From positions 647,824 to 711,490 of the forward strand of contig JAAOMT010000479.1 of NCBI GenBank assembly GCA_016748015.1: a stretch of DNA of 63,667 nt, in the 5' to 3' direction. The notes under the pieces are model-generated. The model saw only the letters and a list, made by a program, of their open reading frames with translations. It was not told where the DNA came from and made no database searches. This DNA is from Geosiphon pyriformis uo1 (lineage: Eukaryota; Fungi; Glomeromycota). Positions 37,760 through 49,000 of this stretch are shown here, piece after piece. The position numbers and the translations under genes were made by a program. Positions within the stretch are counted from its first letter, which is position 1. Each line of letters begins with the position of its first letter.

Positions 37760-38591
37760 TATTACTTATAAAAAGAAAAACAAATATAAAAAAATAGTAA
37801 ACCAATAAGAGAGTAGTAGTTAGCACATGAGCACATTGCTCAGCAATATAGAGCAATGTCAAAAATTATGGCACATGGCTCAGCAATAGGGAGCAATATC
37901 AGAAATTATGGCACATTGCTCAGCAATATGAGCATTGCTTGGGAAATTATAACACATCACTCGAGAATGTGAGCAATCTCATAGAATCCAAATTATGTAT
38001 ATATAGTGGTAGCATTAAAAGAAAAAAAGAGAGACCTCTCAGTTTAGATTTTATCTAAGCAATCTTTCAATTCACAAATATCAATAAATAATTATTCACT
38101 ATTTCAATCCACTTTTCACTATCAACACTTTATGTTGATAGTAATTGATACTTAACCATGTTAGAACAATAGCTTTTGATTATGGCTATTGATGAGATAC
38201 TAACTTGCAATTGCTTTTGTTTATTTCTTTATTTTCTTTTATTTTCTTTTATTTCTTTTTGTTATTTTTTTGGGAATTTACTAAATTGATTAAGGATTAA
38301 GCACTGAGATACAGACATCATAGGAACTGGTAAAAGACCTGTGAAACAAAGGTAGAACACTCATAGATTTGAGGATAACTTACCAGGAAAATTACCAGCC
38401 ACTATGCTGAGAAAAAAATTTGACAAAACTGCAGTTTTGGAAAGCTATGGATAAAACCATCAATTAAATCTCTGTCCATTATACAAAGAACTCTACAACA
38501 AAACCTTCAGATATCAACTCCAGAATACCAACCAAGCACCAAGTTACAGATTTGTTATTTGATTTGAGACTCCAAATAATCATCTATAACA
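37760..38591 (+). repeat. 3' LTR of element 3
   Basis: Collinear with the 5' LTR; ends TAACA, followed by the TSD. Confidence 0.95.
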
Positions 38592-38790
38592 ATAGAGAGA
38601 TGTCATATTGCTAATTTGATAAAAGACAAGAATTTTAAGATAGTTTGGTCAAAAAGAGACATTCAAGTATTGTTGATAATAAGTATGCTAATAAACTGGC
38701 TGGAGCCACTGCTTGTTTTTCTTTGGTTCTTTTTATTGGGTTATTGAAAAAGCATTTGGTTACAAATAGCTTGTTTGTTTCTGGTAATAC
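38592..38790 (+). mobile_element. LINE copy A, remainder of RNase H
   Basis: ERCHIANLIKDKN..W...HSSIVDNKYANKLA..VSGN. Confidence 0.8.
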
Positions 38791-40461
38791 TTACTATTCT
38801 TTTATTGGTCTACTATTTTCCTATATCTGTTTTTCTTTTTATGAATAACATTATCCCCTCCTTTTTAATATTGAGCTTTATCGAAATCTTTGTTTTAAAT
38901 TAATTCTAATACTTCTTTTTCAAGTATTGTTTGTATGACTCTGTTTTTTATGTCTTTTATTTGTGTATTGTTTATTCTTCTCCATTGGTTAATGGTTATA
39001 GTCTCCATGTCTGAGTGTAATAGTATTTCTGGATAGTTCCAAAATATGTTGTGTAATCAGTACATTGTTTTAACATGTAGTGTTAAATTTGTTTTCTTTC
39101 CGATAAATTCTTCAATTTGCTGTATTAAGTCTTGATTGAATATTTTCTTGGATTTGTCGATATACAATTCCTGAATATTCAACTTTTGATCTAACTGGTA
39201 GTAACAATATGATATTGAAAGTTGTTCTGTCCATTGCTTCCAATTTTTTTTTGTAAGCTCTTTTGTTGATGTCATAATAGGTATTTTTCCAAAAGTGTTC
39301 TTCATTTTTTCTATTAAGTTATCTGTCTAGTTTTTATCATTCTTTGGTGGTTGTTGATATGGTGTCTTCTTTGTCTTTCTTTGGGTGTTTTAATAGCAAA
39401 TTATTTGGTTGTTAATAATAATTTCTATGTCTAACTGTTATTGACTTAAGGCCTAGAACAATTGTTGAGCTATAATGTGAATATGATCTGGTATTTTCAT
39501 TTTTTTTAGTTGCTTTTGTCACATGTACTGTGTTTTTATATACTTTTGGTTGTTTAATTTGATGTGTTTGGTTCAATAACTATAATTGGTTTCAGATTTC
39601 GTGAAATCTTATCTGATTGAACTAGTATTTTTTGTACTCCCAGTTGTGGAATGTTATTGGTGGATGATGATACTATCTGGTAATATGGTTTCAGTCAATC
39701 ACCATGTGCTGCTTTGGCTAAAATTTTGTTGTCTCATCTTAATTTATAAGTTCTATTTCCTAAAATTTTTTCTATGTGAAATGGTCTGTTCCATTTGGGG
39801 TCAAATTTTCCACTTTATTGTTTTTTTGCTTTGGTACAATATAATAGTACTTTGTCTCCAATTTTGAATTCAACTGGTTTATCTGATAGTTGGTTATTGT
39901 GTTGTTTTTTTTGCTTTTTTTGTGACTATTGGATGTTATTAGCTGCTTTTTGTCATTTGTTTTCTAGTGTTTCCATTAAGTCATATGTTCTTCTTAACAA
40001 TGTTTCTTGGAAATTATATTCTGTTATTGGTTTAGTTGGATATATATTAATCTCTATCTCAACTGGTAATATTGCTGTTTTACCATATACCAATTCAAAT
40101 AATGTTGCTTGTGTGGTATCTTGCTTTATTGTCCAATAAGCAAATAATACAGATGGTATAAACAAATCCCATTTGTTCTGGTTTTCTTGGCTAATTTTGG
40201 CTATTGCTTTACACAGTGTTCTGTTGAACTTTTCCACTAACCCATTTGTTTGTGGATGGTTTGGTGATAATAGTGGTCTTTTTATTCCAAATCTTTGACT
40301 TAATTCTGCTAATGTTCTATTTACAAAGTGAGTTCTTTGATCTGATAATAATTCTTTTGGACATCTGTGTCGACAAATCAGATCTTGATAAATGAATTTA
40401 GCAACAGATTCTGCATCTGCTCTTTGAATGGCTTTTGCTTCTGGCCATTTAATGAGATAGT
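38790..40461 (-). mobile_element. Inverted fragment of Gypsy family A (integrase core, ORF3, PPT, first ~60 bp of LTR)
   Basis: Reverse-complement match to ~36149-37820; intact PPT AAAAAGGAGGGGATAA abutting TGTTATTCAT. Confidence 0.92.
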
Positions 40462-42148
40462 AAAATCTTTTAGGAAGTATAGTATTGTGTTTGTAAATCA
40501 GTTTCTAGATTATCATGGCATGTGTTTCACATAGAACACTTTTTGCAGATAGAAGAAGCTGGACCCTAGAGATTCAATTCCTATCTGGTTTGTTTTTTTG
40601 GTTAAGTTTGTTGGTAAAAGTGGTTTGTTATGTAATAGATTGTTGATTTTTCAGTTTATCTCTGCAGATCTTTTTTGTAACTTTGGCTATATTTACGAGT
40701 GTTTGCTGGTTTTTGGGCTGGATTCTGTGAGTGTCTACATGAATGACTCTATCAAAGATTTGAGATTAGTTGGTGCTTGTAGAAGTGCTGTTGCTTATTT
40801 TCTGAATGTAAATGTTAGTGTAGGAATTAGAATAAGTGGATTGCTTTCTTTGACTTTGGTGAAACTGCAGACTATTACTCTTGCTTTGAAATATATGTCT
40901 ATTTCTAGATTAGTTGTCTTGTTTATAAACAGTCAAGTTTTGTTGAACATGTGCTGCTTCTACAGTAGCATGTCTGGTTTTGATTTTTATGATAAATGCT
41001 GAATTGAAAAGAAACATATTTGTAAGTTATTTCAAGAAAAAATCTGTTAGTTATATGGAATAAAGTCAAGAATTATTCTGGCAATATTGAAAATGAGCAT
41101 GCTAATTTTTATGCCAATGTCACAATTAATTTTAAGTCCTCTCTGCCTCTTATAATTCCATATTGTTTTTTTAATGTTGAAGATAGGCCTGTTTTTGAAA
41201 ATGCTTGTTACTTTGCTAAAATTTATTTAATGCAATTAATTTTGTCAAATAGAAAGCCAGATGTATTGGCAGTGCTGTAAATACAAATTTCTGTGGTGAT
41301 TTTGATATGGCTAGAACTTTTAGTGTTTGGCACTCAGATAGCAAGATACAGTCTGGTTACAGCAGCTCAGTATTAGTAATACTTTAGTCATATTTTATGA
41401 AGGCACTGCACTATTGTTTGCCAGTGGCTGAAAAAAAAAAAGTATAATCCGAGATATCCAAGTATTGCTTATATTAAATGTGAGTTGGTAGAAAACTCTG
41501 ATCACATATTCATTTGTGCTTATGACAGCAGTATTAGAAAAGGGATATTATCAAACACAGCTCTGGAATAGAATGTGTTATTAGATAATTTTGCTAAAAA
41601 AAGTGTAGTTTTTTGGTCTTTAGGTAAGACTGTTTTATTTATTGATTTGTATATGGCATTGGCTAAGAGATTTGTTTTGAGAAAATAGGTGTCTAACATG
41701 ATATACTGTTTGGATACTGATTCTGAAAATGGTACAATAATTGTTAAGTTAGTCTATTGTCTTGTTAAGAATTACAGATTTTTTATTTGACTGTCTACAG
41801 CCAAGTTAAAATCCTACTATAAAAAGCATAATTTTTTGCCATGTGACAGATTTCTTGCTCCCTTAATGTCTGAATTGTTATTCTTGTGGTCTCTTCAGAT
41901 AATTTATGGTTTTGGTATTAAGTTAGATATTTATATCTGCTTTGGCTTGTATTTTTGTTTGTCCAAATTGGACTTTGGTTTTTTAAATAATATTCCTATA
42001 GTAAGTGGTTTAAGTGTGTAGTGCTGTCTTAATTAGTTTAAGTGGCTGGTTATGTATAAAAAAAGCATGAACCACACTTAATTTAGGATCTGTTTTGATT
42101 TTATATACTTAGATAGTGATTGGGCTGTATTTATAAAACTTTAATAAA

Positions 42149-42149
<1 letters not shown>
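40462..42149 (+). mobile_element. LINE copy B, 3' part (RNase H, C-terminal Cys/His domain, 3' UTR, A/TA tail)
   Basis: KKLDPR, VYMNDS..AVAYF..KLQTITLAL, LPVAEKKK.YN..C....DHIFIC; stop at 42019-42021; AATAAAA followed by (TA)n. Confidence 0.85.
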
Positions 42150-42179
<30 letters not shown>

Positions 42180-42466
42180 ATTTATTATAACTAATTAAAT
42201 AAGATAATTTTAATTAAGATATATTTATTTAAAAAAAAAACTTTTTTATACAATTTATTATTATATTGTTTTAAATTTTTTTTTTGCTAATATTTTAACA
42301 AATTAAATATTTTGTTAAATTACAAATTATTTTAATAAACTATTAAATATTTTAGTAAATTTCTAAATATTGTAATAAATTTTTAAATACTATATAATTT
42401 AGAATAATTTATAATTTGATTATTATATTTAATAATACTTGTATATTATACAAATTAGCTTATTAA

Positions 42467-45400
42467 ATAGAATTATATTGCTTTTTGTCTCCTTAATTTT
42501 ATAATCACGACCAGAACAAAGAGTAAAAAAGCTGCACCTAATATTTTTTCTGAGATATCTAATAAAATTTCAACCAGAAAAGCTCTTTCTGTGGTAGAAA
42601 CAACTAGGCAAAACGTTTTAGAAGCCTTCCTTTTACTTAATAATTGTAAAAAGCTGTCTTTGGTAGTTACTAAAACAATTTCCTTATCTTTGGCTGGTTT
42701 TTTTTCAGTTAAAGTTCTTTTAAAGAGACACACTTGGGTTAATTTCAGTGTTGCCTTTATCTCTACTAAAAGCCCAAGAGTGTTTAATAATAGACCAGTT
42801 AACAAGCTGGTATTTTTTCTATAGCTTTAATATCTGGTGCTGCTAGCATTTTTTTTTCAAAAAAAATGGTCAAAAAAACCAAAAGTTCAGAAAAATGAGG
42901 GCAGTTACTGTTACTTATAAAAAAAAACAGATATAGAAAATAGTAGACCAATAAAAAAGTAGTAGTTAGCATGTGAACACATTGCTCAGCAATGTAGAGC
43001 AATGTCAGAAATTACAACACATTGCTTAGCAATATAGAATAATATTAGAAAATTAGAGCACATTGCTTAGCAATATGAGTATTGCTCAAAAAATCATAGC
43101 ACATTATTTGAGAATGTGAGCAATCTTGTAGAACATAAATTTATGTATATATAGCAGTAGTATTAGAAGCTAGAAAATTAGTCAATTAAGCTTAAAGTCA
43201 AGAAAACTAAGAGTCAGTAGGACTTTCAGAGTTAATTAGACTCACAAGTCATAATTATTAAATACTCTTCCTTCAAAAGATAGAATACTATAACTTGAAG
43301 TGAAATCACTTCCATATTAATGAAATTAGCCATTATCTTTAAATCTATGTTATTATTCACTACTTAACCTGCTGGCACAATAGCTCTTAATTACAGCTAT
43401 TAACAAGACACTTATTTCTTATTTTATTTTCTTTATTTCTTTATTTTCTTTTATTTTCTTTTGTTATTCACTAAATTGATTAAAAAGATTAAGCACCAAG
43501 TTACTGATGTCAGGATATAGCACTGGTAAAAGACCCAGAAATAAGGATAGACACTCTATAGAAGGATAGCTTACCAGAAGATTGCCGGCCACCATGCTAA
43601 GAAAAAAATTAACAGAATTATGATTCCGGGAGACTACAAATAAAACAACCTATGAATCTCTGTCTATTATACAAAGAGCTCAACCAAAATCTTCAGACAA
43701 ACAACACCTTCAGATATTCCCAAACATTTATATTAATTGAGCACCAAGTTATGGATTTGTTATTTGCTTTGAAATCCCAAATAATCATCTATAATATTAC
43801 TTGTTTCTGCTATTGTTATACTGAACTCTTTTATAGTTTCCAATAAGATCTTAAATGAGATTTTTATAGTATTATCCAGCATGTTATCCAAGATAGACCA
43901 AGATTAACCACTGGTTGTGTTGCCAAATATGGAGTCTTCTAGTAGATTCTTAACAGTTTTAGAAGCAAAGCAATTATCTCCTATGGTATTACCTGTTTCT
44001 GAGAACTGAACTGACCAAATAGAAACTAAATTATTTCTCTTCTGGTTTCTGGTGCTGCTGCTGATAGTGTTTGAGAAACTATTACTAGTCATCAAAAATT
44101 TGCTGGGTGGATGGCCATCACTCTAGTGCCTAGTGCTATTTTTAAGATCAAATTGGCTTATGTTAAGGCTGTTTTTTAGTCTATACATGGTTTTTTGAAT
44201 GCAAAATTTGTTTTTAAAGACAATGTGAGACTCTTTTGTGTGAAGTTTGCTTTTCTAAGTTCTTTGGATGCTGTATTTTTGGTTGAGCTTATAAACTCTG
44301 TTTGTTTTGCCTCTCTTAAAATTGCCAAGTCTTTGGTGGTTCCTGAATCTAGTTTTTTTCCTGCTGCTATTGCACTGTATGATGTGCTTTTGGGTGTGTC
44401 TGCTGTTAATATTAAGTCAGCTCTTGGTGTTTTTGGTAAAATTTCTCATGTCATGCTGAAACCTGTTAGTATTTGGCAATATGTAATTGTTTACTTTAAA
44501 AAATTGAATGCTTCTGCTTCTGCTCTCACCCACTAGTCAATTTTGGTGGACAAAAATAGTGTTTGTATTCTTCTCCTTATTAATTAAAATAAGACAATTT
44601 TGTTTTGTAATTGGTTTAAGGCCAAGTTAATCAATCTCTCTTCTGACTATACTGCCTTTGAGATTAGTAATATAATCTTCCAGGTTGGTGGCCAGACTTG
44701 TTTTATTCCTTGTTTGCCTGATTTTGGTCGTTATTTCTGGTTTGCTCTGATTATGTTTGGTTTCTAAGCTGATTTGAACTCTGCAGTTGTCAAAACTGAT
44801 ATCTTAAGAAAATGCCATATTTGATGAGAAACTCCTGGTTGTCAATACTGCTTTAGGTATCAAGAAGTGGGCCATTTGGCTGTTAACTGCAAAGTTTCTC
44901 TGTCTCCCCCTCTTAAGGCTCTCAAGATATTTAAAACATATTTTGTGAATAGTGTTTCTTATGCAAAAGCTTCTGCTTTCTTGAATTTTTCTGAGTTTTT
45001 TCTTCTGGTAGCTTCTATTTCTCTTTTTATGATTGTTAGTAATTCCTTGGTGTCTTCTCAGTTGGCTTCTTTGGAGTCTGATTTGGTCAAGCTTTCTGCT
45101 TTGGTTAAATCTATTGTTAAACCAGTTGGTTTCTTGGTCAAATTGTTCAAACAATTTATTAATGAGAATTTGGTCTCAAGCAGTAAACTTGGTCTTAAGG
45201 TCAATGAAGTTATGATACATTTGGGTTCTTTTAGTAAAATTATTGATAAGTTGGAAAGAAAAATGGTTTTTTTAAAAAAAAAGTGCTGCATAAAGGATAT
45301 TAATATGTCTGGTAATTCAGAGCACCCAGTTGGCTTAGATGATGAAGTGTTTTCTAACTTGATGTCTCTTTGAGAACATGAATCTATTAATGTTAAAGCT

Positions 45401-45650
45401 AATGTCTTGAAAACAGCCAAATGGCTGGTTGGATTGGTTCCTTGCAGTGCAATTTTGTTTCTTGTCATTCAAAAAATGTTGTCTTTGGATAAGTTTTTTT
45501 TTAGTGCATCAACATAGTATAGTTTGAACTGGCTTGAGTAGCTGGTTACATGTAGAAAATGTGTGAGTTACATCTAATTTAAGACTCTATGTAGTTATAT
45601 TGTATTAGATAGTAATTAGGTTTTGTTTATTAAACTTTAATAAAAAAAAA
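42467..45650 (+). mobile_element. Non-autonomous ORF1-only retroposon copy 1, carrying a solo LTR; TSD AAATTAGCTTATTAA
   Basis: Collinear with 52813-55100; poly-A tail; 15-bp duplication at 42452-42466 and 45648-45662. Confidence 0.85.
42909..43796 (+). repeat. Solo LTR, family A, TSD TTAC
   Basis: TGTTAC start; TTAC on both sides. The empty site is visible in the paralogue at ~53236 (GGGCAGTCACTTGTTTCT). Confidence 0.92.
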
Positions 45651-46086
45651 TTAGCTTATTAATTTAATAGTAATATTTAATAATTTAACTAAATAATAAG
45701 TAATAAATTAAAATAATATTTTAAATAATAATAAACACCATAAAAATAATTTTATATTAATTAATAATAATACCAATAAAGTGGCAATTTTAACATAAAA
45801 TATTAAATTAATAAAATAAAAAACAAATAACTTAAAAATTATTAACAACTTAAAAACTAGTTTTAATAATAATAAATAAAAAACTTAATAATTAAAAATT
45901 ATTTGTTTTAAATTTTAATACTTAAAACAATACTAATATTTAAAATTTTTTATTAAATATAATATTTTCTTAATAAATTAATATTAATAATAACTGTATT
46001 TAAATTTGTTTAAACCAAAAAATAATAATTACATATTTTAAATATTAATTGGATTTAATAATATAAAAATAAAACAAGTTTGATTA

Positions 46087-49000
46087 TTTTTTTTATTAAT
46101 TATTTTACAAGTGTAATTTAATCACTACTTAAAATCATAAAACTATACAAAATCTTATATTAAGTATGGTTTATGGTTTTTTTATACATGACCAGTTATT
46201 TGGGCCAATTAAAGAAATATTATTCACTTAAACTACTTACAACAGAGAAGTTATGCAAAAACCAAAACATACACTGAATAAATAAGAATACAAACCAAAA
46301 CAAATGTGAACACTTAATTTAAAACCAAAATTATAAATTATTTTAAAAGACTGTATAGATGCCAAATCAAATATAGCTGAAATTATAAACTTATTGTATG
46401 ACAGAAAATTATTTTTCTTATAATGCACTCTTAATTTAGTAGTCAACAATTACATAATAAATCTGTAATTTTTAACAAAACTCCAAACCAAATTAATAAC
46501 CAACAATATATTATCAGATCTGTTACTTATTCTTTCATTAGAAAACCTTTGGCCAATAACATATATAAATGATTAAAAAATTTAGTCTTATACAAGAACC
46601 AGATTACTATATTGTTAATAATACAAACACTTAACAAATTAATCTATATTTCAATAGTTTTTAAAATCAGATTTAACCTAATACAATTATTATGAACACA
46701 AAAAAATGTATGATTAGAATTTTCAATTAACTTATATTAAATACACAACACATTAGAATAATTCAAATTATATTATCTCTTTTTTTTGGTTATAAGCAAT
46801 TAGTGATATAGAGTTTTTATAAAGAAAAATTAAAACATTGCAAAGACTAAGTTAATAAAATTTAAATAAACTTAACCATTAAAATACCATAAATTAAAGA
46901 TTTTATACATATTAATCAGATCATACAAAGACTTATTTACAGCATTATTGGCATATTTGAAATTCTAACCAACAAAACTAATTGTTTTAAAAAAATATCT
47001 AATAAAATAATAAACATTTTCAGAAACAGATCTGCTTTAATAACAAAAAAGTGATATAACATTCTAACAGATAGTATGAAATTAGATATGGTAACAGCAT
47101 TAACAAAAAAATTAACATGTTCATTACCAACAATTTCAGAATAATCTTTGATTTTGTTTTAATTAACTAACAGATTTTTAAATATGATAATATAATAAAT
47201 ATGGTTTTTTTCTATCCAGTATTTATCACAAAAATTGAAACTGATATTTTTTTTAATTAAAACACTTATATCTAATTATGTTTGACTATTTATAAATAAC
47301 ACAACTAAGCTAAACACTAAAATATATTTTAAAGCAAGAATAATGGCTTACAACTTTATTAAAGTTAAAAAAAACAAGCTGTTTATCTTAATCTTTACAT
47401 TTATGTTAATGTTTAGAAAGTAGACAACAGCACTATCATAAGCATTTACAGACCCCAAACTCTTGACTGAACTATCCATATAAACAACTATACTATTAGA
47501 TTCATTTTTTAAAAAACACTTACAAACAGAACCAAATTTATTCAAATATTAAACAGAAATAGAATAAAAAGCCAGAGCACTATTATCATTCAAACTACTA
47601 TTTTTAATAAACTTGATCAATAAACTAAACAACTAAAAACTAGATTTTTAAGATCCAGTTTTTTTTACTTGCAAAATATACTCTATATAAAACACATGTC
47701 ATAATGATTCAAAAGCTGGTTTGCAAAAACAATACCAAATTTTTTCAACAAACTTACCATATTTAAATATTATTCTAAGCCCAAAACATTTACAACAACA
47801 ATGTTACTACCAGTTTAGAAAACATTAAGCAAATTATTGCTCAAAAATGATTTATATAACACAAAAGTGTTGGTTATACCAACTAAAAAGCAGTTTATGA
47901 GATTAATTAACAACATAATCAAAAAACAAAAAGGTTGTCAGGGCATCTAATTAATGGTTTGTAAATTCATAGTTCTGTGTTCAAATAATCTGTTAAGAAT
48001 GCCTTTTAAGTTAACAAAAACTACCAAATTTGCCAAAAAATTTTTGGCTTGTAATTGTTTAAATGATTTTAGACCATATAACTTAAAATAGATAATAACT
48101 TTATTGAAAAAATTCTTAGGTAAATTGGTCTTAAGTTTTAGTTTTCTTCTTAATATTTTGTCTTATTTTTCACATATTTTTGCTAAAATATAACTAAATT
48201 GTAATTTGTAGCTAATTATTGGTTGCAGAATAGCAAACACTAGATACAGAAACTGTTTGTTAAATATAGCTTTCTTTAAACCAGATTTGTGAAAAACTTA
48301 ATATCCAAGTAAGCTTTAGTAAGACTTGGTTTAAAAAGACTATTTATAGACAAAAAATGCCCAAGTATTTATGTAATTTATCTTTTTTAACTATTGAAAT
48401 GTTTGACCTATTTATTACCAAATAAAAAACTTCCACTTTTCAATTTATAGGTATAGTAACTATCTTATCTGTATTAATTTGAAAAAATTTACTAGCTATG
48501 TCCAAAATATGTTAAATAGTAGTTATGTTATTCTCAATCCAAATTGTGTTATTCATAAAAGCTCTTGCTGTCAAAAAAGCTATTATACCATTTCTGAAAT
48601 TTCATTTTTTGGTTTGTGTAAAAAATTTTGAATCCAATCTATAGCCATACAAACTTTTATGTTTTTTAACTTTACAAAACAAAGAGTTGTAGAAAATTTT
48701 TTACAGTAAAAACAAAAATATCTCACTTTGATCTAATTTATCATAAACAGTATATCTCTTCATAAGCCCAAAATTTGTTATTACTTAGTTAATTTGATTA
48801 TTATGTATATTCTCAAAAAATTTAATAAAATGAAAACACATCTTGATTTTAGTCAAACTGTTTTTCAAATAATATTATCCAACAGAATTATATGCTTTAT
48901 ATATGTCTTAAAAAACTAATCACAGCTTTTTGTTTTTTTTAATATATCTTTAATAATAGAACTAACAGCAAAAATTAAAGTTTGAATAGATGTGTCTTTT

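Larger units (their letters stand above)
28530..38591 (+). mobile_element. Full-length Gypsy family A element 3 (~10.06 kb), pseudogenised; TSD ATAG
   Basis: Two 832-bp LTRs (28530-29361, 37760-38591); PBS TGGTGCTCTCTGTGAG at 29364; purine tract before the 3' LTR; PR-RT-RH-IN order. ATAG lies at 28526-28529 and 38592-38595, and excision restores the LINE frame C(W)IERCHIANL. Confidence 0.95.
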
